From Octopus sinensis (lineage: Eukaryota), in NCBI RefSeq assembly GCF_006345805.1, contig NC_043005.1, forward strand, positions 44,640,001 to 44,704,000: 64,000 bases of DNA, in the 5' to 3' direction. The position numbers and the translations under genes are program-made. Shown in pieces: positions 1-11,574 of the stretch. The notes below the pieces were generated by a model. It did not search any database. It saw only the letters and a list, made by a program, of their open reading frames with translations, and was not told where the DNA came from. Position 1 is the stretch's first letter. Each line of letters starts with the position of its first letter.

Positions 1-93
1 CAATTGGTATCCATTTTATTGACCCCAAAAAGATGAAAGGCAAAGTCGATCTTGGTAGAATTTGAACTCTGAACATAAAGATTCTGCCAGCTT
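1..93 (-). mobile_element. SINE family C fragment
   Basis: Matches the reverse complement of the well-preserved copy at 61657-61890 (gacccc..aaagatgaaaggcaaagtcga..gaatttgaactc). Confidence 0.75.
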
Positions 94-97
94 GATA

Positions 98-209
98 TCA
101 ACAACTACAACAACAACAATAATAATAATGATGATGATTGATGATGATAAGAAGATGAAATATTATTATTGTTGTTACTACTACTACTACTTCTTCTACA
201 ACAACAACA

Positions 210-243
<34 letters not shown>

Positions 244-256
244 TTATTACTATCAC

Positions 257-304
<48 letters not shown>

Positions 305-322
305 CATCATCATCATTATCGG
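98..322. repeat. Compound trinucleotide microsatellite (ACA/AAT/GAT/TAC/ATT/CAT)
   Basis: Directly visible; explains ORFs 62..400 and 98..415. Confidence 0.95.
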
Positions 323-329
323 ATTTACC

Positions 330-1138
330 AAAGAAATAAACATGAAATTCAGCTTAGAAAAATGTGTCAAAGCAACCTTGAAAAAAGAAAAGCCAGTTAA
401 GAGTAAAAATATCACACTAGATAAAGCAAATTAAATAAGAGAATTAGACCAAAGCCAAACATACAAATACTTAGGAATTAATGAACTAGATATGATACAA
501 CACACAAATAAAAGAAAAGATAAAGAAGGAATCCTATAGATGAATTAGATTAATACTTAAAACAGAGCTCAATGCGAAAAACTAAGATAATAGGTACCAA
601 TGCTCTAACTATCCCAGTTATAAGTTACAGTTAGAATATTCTTAATTGGACACTAAATAAACTAGCCAAACTAGACTAGAAAACAAAAAAAAAAATGACA
701 GAATTTAGGACTCACCACCCAAAATCTGATATATGAAGGTAGTTGAGGCCTTATACAACTCGAAAACTACTATACAATAACCATGATAGGATTACAGAAA
801 TATCTAACTCAAAACTAAGGAAAACTGGTACAAACACGAGCAAAAGGAAAAACTATTTTCTCTCTTCAAGGAAGCCAACAAATACAAGAAAAAAGTCAAA
901 GTACCTGACAACTATGAAGAAAAAGAGGAAACAATAAGAGCTGTAAAGCAACTGAAATCCAAACTAAAATTGGAACAATAAAATACCATGATAAAACAAC
1001 GCTAGAAAAGCCCCTTCATGGCAAATAGAGGGTTAAGCTAAACCGAAAAGATATAGACAAAGTAAAATCCCAACAATGGCTGAGAAGCTCAGGACTCAAA
1101 GAAGAGACTGAAGGATTTTAATTACAGTACAAGAACAC
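330..1138 (+). mobile_element. Degenerate R4/Dong-clade non-LTR retrotransposon fragment (RT C-terminal region)
   Basis: Manual translation across stops and frameshifts: YKYLGINELD..., LILKTELNAKTKII..NAL.IPVISYS, MTEFRTHHPKSDI, KPLHGK, WLRSSGLKEETEGFLI, all typical of R4-clade ORFs. Confidence 0.75.
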
Positions 1139-1179
1139 TGATACACACACATTATTATAAACATGCACAAATATATACC

Positions 1180-1385
1180 TTTTACCTTCTACTTGTTTCA
1201 GTCATTAGACTGTGGTCATGTTGGGGCACCACTCTGAAGAATCTTTAATGAAATGAATCGACCCTATTACTTCATTTTTTTTTAAAGCCTGGTACTTATT
1301 CTATTGACCACTTTTGCCAGACTGCTAAATTACAGGGATGGAAACACACCCACTCTGTCAAGTAGTAGCAGTGGATACAAACCCA
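1180..1385 (-). mobile_element. SINE family B, 3' part
   Basis: acttgtttcagtcatt..actgtggtcatg..ggtacttattctat, homologous to the 3' half of 34728-35148. Confidence 0.7.
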
Positions 1386-1504
1386 GACACACACGTAGAT
1401 ATATACATATACATATATATGTACACACACACACACACACATATATATACACACACACATATACATATATATATAAATACATATATATATACACATACAC
1501 ACAC

Positions 1505-1544
<40 letters not shown>

Positions 1545-1960
1545 CTTTATATATATAAAACTGAGAATGTGTGTCTGTCTGTGTGTTTCCCTAAAACTTG
1601 AGAAATACACAACTAATTTCATTCAAATTTTACACATGCCTTACTTAGGGTCCGGGGAGTGTCAGGGGCAAAAGAAAAAATGTTCAACTTCTTGCCTAGA
1701 GCGAGATGATAGCAATATCATATCTTCTCCACTATTTCAGTATTACGTGTTAAAAGTGAAACAAAAACGTTTCTCTATTTTATGTCAGATACTTTCTCTT
1801 TAACAATAAAAATAATAATAACAATTGAATTATATGTAAACAAAAGTAAAAATAGCAATTGGTATAAAATTGCATCAATGATTTGGACTTGAATAAGTGG
1901 TTTCACATGAATGGGAATAAATTAAAATTAAAATTAGCGTGCAGAAATGGAATAGTCCAG

Positions 1961-3342
1961 ATCATCATCATCCTCATCATCATCGTTTAGTGTCCATTTT
2001 CTATGCTAGCATGGGTTGGACGGTTCTACTGGGGTCCGTGAAGCCAGAAGGCTTCATCAGGCCCAGTCAAATCTGGCAGTGTTTCTACGGCTGGATGCCC
2101 TTCCTAACGCCAACCACTCCGTGAGTGTAGTGGGTGCTTTTTATGTGCCACCCGCACAGGTGCCAGACAGAGATGGCAAACAGCCACGAACGGATGGTGC
2201 TTTTTATGTGCCACCGGCATGGGGGCCAGGCGAGGCTGGCAACGGACACGAATGGATGGTGCTTTTTACATGCCACCGGCACGAGGCCAGTCGGGGCAGC
2301 GCTGGTAACGGTCGCGAAACGGAAGGTTCTCTTACATGCCACCGGCACTGGTAACACATCTGCAATTTCCATTGATCGATTTCGATTCTGATCCTCACTT
2401 GCCTCAACAGGTCTTTACAAGTAGAGTTTTGTGTCCCAAGAAGGGAAGGTATGCATACGTAGGCTGGCTCCATCCCATGTAGAAGGCCACGGGTTATGGA
2501 CTCACTTGTCCTGCTGGGTCTTCTCGCACACAGCACACTTCCAGAGGTCTCGGTCTCTAGTCATTTCCTCAGTGAGATCTAAAGTTCGAAGGTCGTGCTT
2601 CACCACCTCGTCCCAGGTTTTCCTGGGTCTGCCTCTTCCGCTGGTTCCCTCAACCGCTAGGGTGTGGCACTTTTTCACACAACTATCTTCATCCATTCTC
2701 ACCACATGACCATACCAGCGCAAACGTTTCTCTTGCACACCACAACTGATGCTTCTTAGGTCCAGCTTTTCTCTCAAGGTACTTACACTCTGCCGAGTAT
2801 GAGTACTGACATTACACATCCATCGGAGCATACTGGCTTCATTTCTTGTGAGCTTACGCATATCCTCAGCAGTCACGGCCCATGTTTCACTGCCATGTAG
2901 CATGGCTGTTCGTACACACACATCATACAGTCTGCCTTTCACTCTGTGCGAGTGGCCTTTTGTCACCAGCAGAGGTAAGAGCTCTCTGAACTTTGCCCAA
3001 GCTATTCTTACTCTAGCAGTTACACTTTCAGCACACCCGCCCCCGCTGCTGACTTGGTCACCTAGGTAACGGAAGCTATCAACTATTTCTAGTTTTTCTC
3101 CCTGGAAAGTGACGGAAGTTGGTTTCAGAGCATTTTCAGTGTTTATTGTTCCTGAGCATCTGCCACATACAAAAACCATCTTCCTAGTTAGCCTTCCTTT
3201 GACATTGCTGCACCTCTTATGTGTCCATAGCTTACACTTGGTGCATCTTATAGAGTTTCTACCTACACCTTTTCTACAGATCGAGCAGGGCCATCTACCT
3301 GAAGGCATTTGTGATTTGTCTACCTTCCTACTGATTACGACA
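1961..3342 (-). mobile_element. 5'-truncated young RTE-clade LINE with 3' UTR and (GAT)n tail
   Basis: Uninterrupted RT C-terminal ORF, then a 3' UTR shared with many short copies in the window, ending in (CAT)n on the + strand at 1961-1985. Confidence 0.92.
2502..3308 (-). CDS. RTE LINE ORF, C-terminal 268 aa (PHD-like finger, RT motifs FRYLG, thumb, RLRWYGHVVRM, GRGRPRKTW)
   Basis: ORF track: EIVDSFRYLG, RVRIAW.KF, KGRLY...VR.AMLHGSETW, RLRWYGHV.RM and RGRPRKTW are RTE-clade hallmarks. The start Met is internal; the element is 5'-truncated. Confidence 0.9.
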   Translation of the reverse strand: MPSGRWPCSICRKGVGRNSIRCTKCKLWTHKRCSNVKGRLTRKMVFVCGRCSGTINTENALKPTSVTFQGEKLEIVDSFRYLGDQVSSGGGCAESVTARVRIAWAKFRELLPLLVTKGHSHRVKGRLYDVCVRTAMLHGSETWAVTAEDMRKLTRNEASMLRWMCNVSTHTRQSVSTLREKLDLRSISCGVQEKRLRWYGHVVRMDEDSCVKKCHTLAVEGTSGRGRPRKTWDEVVKHDLRTLDLTEEMTRDRDLWKCAVCEKTQQDK

Positions 3343-3920
3343 GATGGATAATAAAAAATTAACTTAAAAAAAAGACTATTGTCTACAAAGTATACAATGT
3401 AGAGAAAAAAGAAGATTTGAACACAAGGAGGAAAGCACCTTCGAAAAGTGTCTTGGTATGACTATGAAAGATATCTAACCAGAGGTGGCAAATTCGCCAC
3501 AATAGAAGCAAGGTTCAAGTCAACGGAGCGTGCAAGGGAGTACTTGACTCGAACTTGCAAAGTGGAAATATTCTACTTTTACCTTTATATCTGGGACGTA
3601 GGACGTCCAGGAAAAAAATTTTAAATGCCCCCCCCCCCGCCAGAAGTAGAGGTAGGCTGGATTGTAGCCACACTTCTATACAAGAGGGAGGACAAGATAC
3701 AATTGATCGAAATTACAAGAGACGGGCTAACAATTCCAGTCTGTTATATATTTTGAGTATTGTTATCACCAGCCATATCAAGATAGAACTTTGTATTTTG
3801 TATTTTATGTGTAGATGTATATATATAGATGTACATGTAATATGTACACATATATATACACATATATACATATATACATGCACTAGCACTATGACCCGGC
3901 AACGACAGGTCTTTAATGCT

Positions 3921-3955
<35 letters not shown>

Positions 3956-3963
3956 ATATATAT

Positions 3964-4012
<49 letters not shown>

Positions 4013-4234
4013 ATGTGTATATACATAGACATATTTACACGGAAATAAATGGGATAGTAAAATAAAACTGTAATTAGAGCAAGATATATGTTAAAGAGAT
4101 GCAATATAAAAGATTTCTGGTTAGTTTGAGATGTATGACAGTTATGTTCATTGACGATGATCACACAATGTGAAGACAAGGAGACACATCTATATCTACA
4201 TTCTTACATGCACACACATATAGATATGTATATA

Positions 4235-5075
4235 CAAGGTGTTTGAGCTAAAAGTGATGAACTTTTATGCCTACTTTTTTCAGGAACGGCTTGAAGTATT
4301 GGTAAACAACCAACAGTATTGGAGAGCATAAAGATTAAAGTTGTAGTTGAGAAAAAGTTATCTAATCTGGAGCACTGGAAGTCAACTGGACACTGGATCA
4401 TGATTTGTGCTGGGTATTAAAATGCCAACATGATGACTTCTGTGCAATCCTCTGTGAACACTGTAAAGGCTGTAAGACATGGTATGAACAGTTCCAACAG
4501 AGACCACAAAGCCATGGCAGGAAGGGACACAGCAGGCATTCTCACTTTGTCTGTATGTCAGAATTCATCTTTGAACAGGGATTTAGGCTCAATTCAGATG
4601 GCTGTGTGAATGTGCTGGAGACTGTGGTCCAAACCCTGGCTGGAGGGAATTTCTGCTGGATAGAGTGGCCGGCAGTAAGATTTGGCTTCTTGCCAAGTGG
4701 TTGTTCAATAACTTCTAAAACTTCACTAGCCCCAAAATTTCTGGCCTTCTAATTTCCCCAATTAAAATCCCATGGGGCATGGTTGATAAAGACACCAACT
4801 GCTCTGCCTGAAACACCAAGGCCAAGCTGACAGTCAAGATCAAGGAGGTGTTCAAATATTTTCCCAGTGACACAATGAAGAATGCATGCACCAAATTCTG
4901 GAGCCATCTTGAAGCTGTGGAGAAAGTTGAGGGTGGCTACCTTCAGTAAACTGATATCTCTCAGTCATAATCTAGTTGACATTTTTTGATTTTTGAAAAT
5001 ACTTTTATTTTTGAATGGAATATGGTGTTTTCTTTTCTTTTTATGCAAATTGTCAAATTGCGCTTGAACACGCTG
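4235..5075 (+). mobile_element. Internally deleted Tc1/mariner element, maT/DD37D-like
   Basis: TA flanks; imperfect TIRs CAAGGTGTTTGAGC / CAGCGTGTTCAAGC (rc); degraded transposase (FIFEQG.RLNSDG.V..LETVV..W, SHLEAVEKVEGGY). Confidence 0.7.
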
Positions 5076-5321
5076 TATGTGATGAGCTTCTTCCAGTTTC
5101 TGTTGAGGAATTTTATTTACAAGACTTAGGTTGGCTGAATGTTATAGAAGGAGACACTTGTCCAAGGTGTCATGCACTGAAACAAAAACAACAAAACAAA
5201 AATCAATGAGGTTGAGAAGTAAGTTTCTTAACAACACAGCTAAGCTTGTGACTCATACATATACATGCACACACATATATATATACACATGTGTGTGTAT
5301 ATAAAATAAATATGTATACAC

Positions 5322-5478
5322 AGGCATGGCTGTGTGGCAAGAAGCTTGCTTCCCAACCACATTGTACTGGGTTTAGTACTCCTCATTGGCACCTAGGTCA
5401 GGTGTCTGCTGCTGTAACCCTAAGCTGATCTAGGCTTTGTGAGTGGAGTATTTGATAGAAAGAAAATGAAAGAAGCCT
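5322..5478 (+). mobile_element. SINE family B head (tRNA-derived)
   Basis: ggcatggctgtgtggcaagaagcttgcttcccaaccac..., homologous to 34728. Confidence 0.7.
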
Positions 5479-5483
5479 ATCAT

Positions 5484-5667
5484 ATCATCATCATCATCAT
5501 CATTGTTTAACGTCTGCTTTCCATGCTAGCATGGGTTGGACGATTTGACTGAGGACTGGCGAACCAGATGGCTGTACCAGGCTCCAATCTTGATCTGGCA
5601 GAGTTTCTACAGCTGGATGCCCTTCCTAATGCCAACCACTCCGAGAGTGTAGTGGGTGCTTTTACGT
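5484..5667 (-). mobile_element. RTE 3'-end copy (truncated LINE or RTE-dependent SINE)
   Basis: (CAT)n + gtttaacgtctgctttccatgctagcatgggttggacg...ctggatgcccttcctaatgccaaccactcc, as in the 3' end of 1961-3342. Confidence 0.88.
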
Positions 5668-5704
5668 CTCATATATATACACACACACATATATATAAAT
5701 ATAC

Positions 5705-5860
5705 ACACTCACAGAGTGGTTGGCGTTAGGAAGGGCATCCAGCTGTAGAAACACTGCCAGATCAGACTGGAGCCTGGTGCAGCCTCCTGGCTTCCCAGAT
5801 CCCCTGTTGAACCGTCCAGCCCATGCTAGCATGGAGAACGGACGTTAAACGATGATTATG
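5705..5860 (+). mobile_element. RTE 3'-end copy in opposite orientation
   Basis: gagtggttggcgttaggaagggcatccagctgtagaaac...ccatgctagcatgg..ggacgttaaacgatga. Confidence 0.88.
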
Positions 5861-6258
5861 ACACATACACACACATACATACATACATACATACATACAT
5901 ACATGTGTGTGTGTGCATGTGAGCACATCTGATCTGGTGAGAATTGTAATAATTTGTTGTGATGACGATGTTGGGTGGGTATTATTTAATAGAGGCAGCC
6001 ACAGTGGTTATAAGTAAGTAGAAGTAAGAGTATGATGGCAAAGAATTTATATATTTTTGGAGACTGAAATTGGAAAAAATATCCTGAAGGATGTTATGCA
6101 AATGCTTAGTGTACATAACCATCATTTGCTAAATATTATCTTCAATAATTTCAACTTTCAAAAAGTCACTGATATGCTCCAACTGTGGAACGACATCAAA
6201 GATATAATTTATAATCAGCACAGTATTTATATTATTCATAAAGATATATATACACACA

Positions 6259-6299
<41 letters not shown>

Positions 6300-6385
6300 A
6301 AATATATGTATACGTATATATATATGTATGTGTGTATGTATGTATGAATGTATGTATGTTCACACACACACAAGACATACACACA

Positions 6386-6429
6386 CATTATTATTGTTAT
6401 CATCATCATCATCATTACTATTATTATTA

Positions 6430-6482
<53 letters not shown>

Positions 6483-6505
6483 GTTATTATTATTATCATT
6501 ATCAT
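6386..6505. repeat. (ATT)n/(ATC)n microsatellite
   Basis: Directly visible. Confidence 0.95.
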
Positions 6506-7040
6506 TATAGAAGACGACGCCCAGTACCCACCCAGTTGTAGATTGAAGATATTGTGTGTACCGAAGGTTTGCACTGTCTATCAAGTCACAACAAGGCCCT
6601 CAAACAAACAGTACTTTACACAGTATGCGTGCAGTTCCAAGTAAAGCCAATTTTTGCAATACACCAAGATTGTAGAGTATTTCTAAATTGTTCAGATGTT
6701 TCTTCAGGTCGCGTGGTATTGAACCCAATACTCCAATGACAATAGGGACAGCCTTTATGTTTGACTTACGCAGCTGCCACATCTTGGCAATCTCAATTTT
6801 TATGTCTCCATATTTGTCAAATTTTGCTCATTTTAACTTGATAATATGTTGATCTCCTGGCCCTGCCACATCGATTATTACACACTATTGTTTGTCGCTC
6901 CTAAAGGTTACCATATCTGGCCTTCTGTCAGGAAGTCCAATTCCTAGAGGATCTTTGCTCTCTTGTTTTTGTCCATTACCTTTTCTGGTGCATGCTGGTA
7001 CCAAGCACCCATTACCTTGTATCCAGGCTAATAATCTATA
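6506..7040 (-). mobile_element. R4/Dong-clade LINE 3' fragment (restriction-like endonuclease)
   Basis: Translation RRPDMV...IIDVAGPGDQ...KFDKYGDIKIEIAKMWQL..AVPIVIGVLGSIP...LQKLALLGTARILCKVL (partly ORF 6600..6782). Confidence 0.8.
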
Positions 7041-7041
7041 C

Positions 7042-7072
<31 letters not shown>

Positions 7073-7432
7073 TTTCCTTCTTCTTCAAATTTTCTTCTGT
7101 TTCTCGACGAGTGTTTTCCGTACACCTAGGGCAGAGAAGCTCATTGTATGCATTCCCAGATTACACAGACAAATTTACAGGTAAAATATGTATTTAAAAA
7201 ATTAAGGAATAAATAAATTCATGATAATGCTCTTCTCAGTACATGAGCCGTTCCAGTTAACACAAGTTTTTACAATTCCTGTAGGGATGATAAGCCTGGT
7301 ATCATTTTCAAATAGGTTTCAGTACCTTTTTTTTTATCATTCCTAGTAATCCTACAATCACTGGTACTGTAGTCGCCTTGAGATGCCCCATTTTTTCAAT
7401 TTCTATTAGCAAGTCTTTATATTTACTAATCT
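7073..7432 (-). mobile_element. R4/Dong-clade LINE extreme 3' fragment, same family as 45990-46505
   Basis: Nucleotide homology to 46120-46505, including the 3' UTR (ctgggaatgcatacaatg..ctctgccctaggtgta.ggaaaacactcg.cgagaaac); (ATT)n on both sides. Confidence 0.85.
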
Positions 7433-7475
7433 TGTAATATTATTATTATTATTATTATTATTATTATCATTATTA

Positions 7476-7537
<62 letters not shown>

Positions 7538-7538
7538 G

Positions 7539-7770
7539 TTAAGGTAGCAAACTGGCAGGATCATTAGCATGCATGCTAAGCAAAATGCTTAGTGGCATTT
7601 CATCCATCCTTACATTCTGAGTTCAAATTTCACTGAGATCGATTTTGCCTTTCATCCTTTTGAGATTGATAAAATAAATACCTGTTATGAACTGGGGGTT
7701 GATGTAAGTGACTAGCCCCTCCATCAAAGTTTCAGGCTTTGTGTCTATAGTAGAAAGGATTATTATTATT
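7539..7770 (+). mobile_element. SINE family C
   Basis: aaggtagcaaactggcagg..aaatgcttag..ttctgagttcaaattt..tttgcctttcatccttt..gaaaggattattatt. Confidence 0.8.
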
Positions 7771-7799
7771 GCTGTTGCTGTTGTTGTTATTATTATTAA

Positions 7800-8326
7800 C
7801 TTTTGCTTGTTTCAGTCATTGGACTGCAGCCATGGTAACATACCACCTTGTAAGGTTTAGTTAGACAAACCAACACTAGTACTTTCTTTAAAGCTTAGTA
7901 CCTATTCTATTGATATCTTTTGCTGGACCACTAAATTACAGGGACATAAACAAACCAAGATCAGTGCCCCCTCATGGTTCCGGGTTCACTCCCTCTGTGT
8001 GTCACCTTGAGCAAGTATCTTCTACTATAACCCCAGGCTAACCAATGCCTTGTGAGTAGATTTGTTGATGGAAACTGTAAGAAGTCGATTGTGTGTGTGT
8101 GTATGTGTGTGTTTGTATATCTATGTGTGTATGTGTGTGACCCACCATCACCACCACCATCACCATCAACACTTGACAACTGGTGTTGGTTTGTTTATAC
8201 CACCCATAACTTAGCTAGCAATTTGGCAAAAGTGATTGATAGAATAAATACAAGGATTTAAAAAGAAAATAAGTACTGGAGTCAATTTATTCCACTAAGA
8301 ACCCTTCGTGGCTGCAAAAAATAAAA

Positions 8327-8340
<14 letters not shown>
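7800..8340. mobile_element. Cluster of SINE family B pieces (3' part on -, then head and 3' part on +)
   Basis: Segments match 34728-35148 in both orientations; followed by (CA)n at 8330-8383. Confidence 0.6.
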
Positions 8341-8389
<49 letters not shown>

Positions 8390-9199
8390 CAAGACAGGAA
8401 GTTGAAAATTTATTAGTATTATTTATTCACTATTGCACATATTTCATTTGCTAAAATGAGTTACAGAGTTTTACATGTTAGAGTTACAGTTTTACATGTA
8501 AGGAATTTTATATTAGAAATTCTTCAGAGAAATTAAATAATGCATATAACACACACAAACACGACAACTTTCTTTGAGTTTCCCTCTACCAAATCCATTC
8601 TCTGGGAGACCACATGAGGGCTGGACAGCAAGTTTCTTAATCGTGAGACACCTACTATACTTTGTTTACTGGGACTGTGGGTTCAAGCCTTACATACTAC
8701 TCACTGAAATGAAAACAAAGCTCCAATGCAGAATATTAAGATTTGTTGACGTGTTACTAATATAATCTTATCATAGCAAAATAATATCACAGACAGATTA
8801 TCACTTCAATTTCATTTTCCAACAGTTTTAAAGTAATTTTAATAACATAGCCCCAATAGAGAAGCAAAGAGAAGTGAAAAAATATTTTCTCAAGCGCTAT
8901 AATGTTTAGTTCTTTCTTTAGTGCATTCACTTCTTGATGGAAAGATAAAATCAGAGAGTATCTCCCAAGCTAGAAGAGGTGACAAATGTATAACAAAGAA
9001 TATTGTTTTCAAAGATGTTCTCTCTTAAGACTATGCTTTCTGTGCTGCCTATGTGGATTTTACATCATCTCAAGAAATAAATTTTCAGAAAAAATAGAAT
9101 TTCAAAAAGAAATTATGTATTTCATAGTTCTCTGTAAACTTTCACCAATATTATAATTTGCAAAATTGCCATGGAAATTCCATGGATACTACAAATAAA

Positions 9200-9350
9200 T
9201 AACAATTCTATCTAATTTTGGCACAAGGCTGGAAATTTTCAAGAGGAGTTGGTTGCATTGATTCCCTGTGTTCAGCTGCTATGTATCTTTTCAACCCCAA
9301 AAGGATGAAAGGCAAAGTTGAACTCAGCAGAATTTGAATGTAAAGATCTG
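9200..9350 (-). mobile_element. SINE family C, degenerate
   Basis: ttttggcacaaggc...ccccaaaaggatgaaaggcaaagttgaactcagcagaatttgaa. Confidence 0.7.
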
Positions 9351-9724
9351 GAAGATATATGCAACAGAAGAAACACTAAAATAACATCTGAAACAACAAA
9401 TTAAACCCTGCAGTAAACTGATGTAATATACTGGCACAGGTCAACAACAGTGGCTTAGAATAAGATATGTGACTGATGGTAAGGGTATTTTTAGCACCTC
9501 ATTTTAATTAACAGGTATGTTAAGAGAAAAGTTTGCATCTCTTCATGATCTACATTTGAGAATGTTTGTACCCAGGGAAAACTGCTTCTAAGGATGACTG
9601 TACCCAGAGGCAGCTTTTTCCCATCATTCCCTTTCCCTTCATTCACTATAATTTTAGTCAAAACCTTAAAGAAACAATACTGCATATACAAGGACAAGCA
9701 CTTGATGTTGTGATAGAAACTTGC

Positions 9725-9895
9725 ATGAAGCTCATCATCATTTAGTGTCTGTCTTCTAGGCTGGTATGTGCTGCAGGGTTTGACAGGACCCAAAAAACTG
9801 GGGGACTGCATTAAAGTCTAAGGTCTACTTTGGCATGGTCTCTGCAGCTGGATGCCCATCTTGATGCCAACCACTTTACAGAGTGTATGTATTAG
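9725..9895 (-). mobile_element. Degenerate RTE 3'-end copy
   Basis: catcatcatttagtgtc...gctggatgccc..gatgccaaccactttacagagtgta. Confidence 0.6.
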
Positions 9896-10064
9896 GTGCT
9901 ATTTCCCATGAGACCAACCCCTAGTGAGGTTACAAAATTTCTTGCAAGACAAAAGAAAAAGAAGAATCGCATCAAGTGAGTAGCATTGTAGTAGATGAGG
10001 TGAGGCTTTTAGGCCAAGTGATGAGAGACAGGGACAAGTGTTTTGCTCTAGAAGGGATACATGG

Positions 10065-10280
10065 TTACCTTGAATTATATATATTTCTTTACTGCCCACA
10101 AGGGGCTAAACATAGAGGGGACAAACAAGGACAGACAAAGGGATTAAGTCGATTACATCGACCCCAGTGTGTAACTGGTACTTTATTTATCGACCCTGAA
10201 AGGATGAAAGGCAAAGTTGACCTCGGCGGAATTTGAACTCAGAACGTAACGACAGACGAAATACCACTAAGCATTTCGCC
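10065..10280 (-). mobile_element. SINE family C, well preserved
   Basis: High identity to the reverse complement of 61700-61890. Confidence 0.88.
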
Positions 10281-10289
10281 CAGATATAT

Positions 10290-11170
10290 AGGAGTGGGTA
10301 GGAGTTACTGGAAATTAGATAAAGATGTTGGTGACAGAGTGTCAGAGCATAGTTTCAAGGTATAAAGAGGAGGGAGACTACTGACTGTGGATGGAGAAGT
10401 ATGGGTGGATAAGTTCAAAGGAGTGTGAAAGGTAAGTGATAGATGGTTAGAGTAGGAAAAATGGTTAATGTACCATGGAGGAAGTGTGATCAATGGTAAG
10501 TATCAGTATGGGGGAGAAGGTAAAAGAAATAGCTCAGTGAGGAGGTGATAGGTGGCAGCAGAGGAAGGACTGAGGGCAGCAGTACAATAAACCTCTAGAC
10601 AGATTATAAAACAGGGATATAGTATGTGGGGTAGGAGAGAGAGAGAGAGACAGTCAGACAGACAGACAGACAGACAGAGATGTACAAGAACAGAGATGGA
10701 AGTTGGAGGCATGTAGTGGTTGTTATAGTGAGTGAAGGATAAATGTGTGGGGAGGGCATTGATAGCAGATATAAGAAAGTGCTGAGAGGGATAGATATGA
10801 GTAGTTATTAAAGATGAGATGTGGCAGTCCTAAGATGTAGTTTAGAGGAGAACAAGAGGTGTCTGGAGGCACAGAAAGGGTTGAGCAACAGAAAATAAAG
10901 TGAGAAGGTATGATATTGAGAATGAGAAATGGATATTAAAAAAGAGATTCCTGGAAGAGTGGGAGGTGTCTTGTACAAAGGGGAGAAAATATGTACAGAT
11001 TCTGATGTTATGTTATTACAGAAGCTGTATAGTGTCATTGTTAGAGGAGTAATACATGAGTATCGTTACACTCTACCTTTCACTTTGAAGGAGAGATGTA
11101 TTGTTATCAAATAAGGTAATAACTCCTTGAACATTCTCCATCTTATACTTTCCGAACAAGTATACTTTCA
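10290..11170 (-). mobile_element. Highly degraded Penelope-like RT relic
   Basis: Minus-strand translation GISFLISISHSQYHTFSL...SRHLLFSSKLH resembles the PLE RT motif FLD(I/L)...T....KPT...YL.F.S.HP; strong purine skew on +. Confidence 0.4.
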
Positions 11171-11179
11171 CAAAATCCT

Positions 11180-11500
11180 CTTCCATTGCTAATTAGATCA
11201 TCTAAGTACCAGAAACTATCTACAATCCCAATAGAACTTTCTGGGCATTTGAGAGAATATATTTCCTATGTGTTCTTTGCTCCAACTCATCTGTCACATA
11301 CAATATATACTTTCTTTGTCTATCATCCTGTGATTCCATTGCACCTCTTGTGTGTCCATAGCTTGCACTGGATATTTCATATGGAATTTTTACCTATATC
11401 TTTTCTACATATCAAGTAGAGCCATATTTCCGAAGGAGGTGAAGGTGTGTATGTTTTCCTGCTTACCAAAAAGTTAGGTTCTTGCAAAATTAACTTTAAG
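11180..11500 (-). mobile_element. Older RTE LINE fragment covering the same Cys-rich region as 3100-3342
   Basis: Homologous to 3100-3300 (cacctcttgtgtgtccatagcttgcactgg...tttacctatatcttttctacat). Confidence 0.75.
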
Positions 11501-11574
11501 GCCCTTTGGTTATAGGTTTTGCTTCCATGCTTGGAATTTCTTTTCTACATGATTATAGTAATAAAAATTATAAT

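Noticed and set aside
8923-8979. 57-nt exon candidate (HSLLDGKIKSESISQARR)
   Set aside because: Weak donor and no supporting homology.
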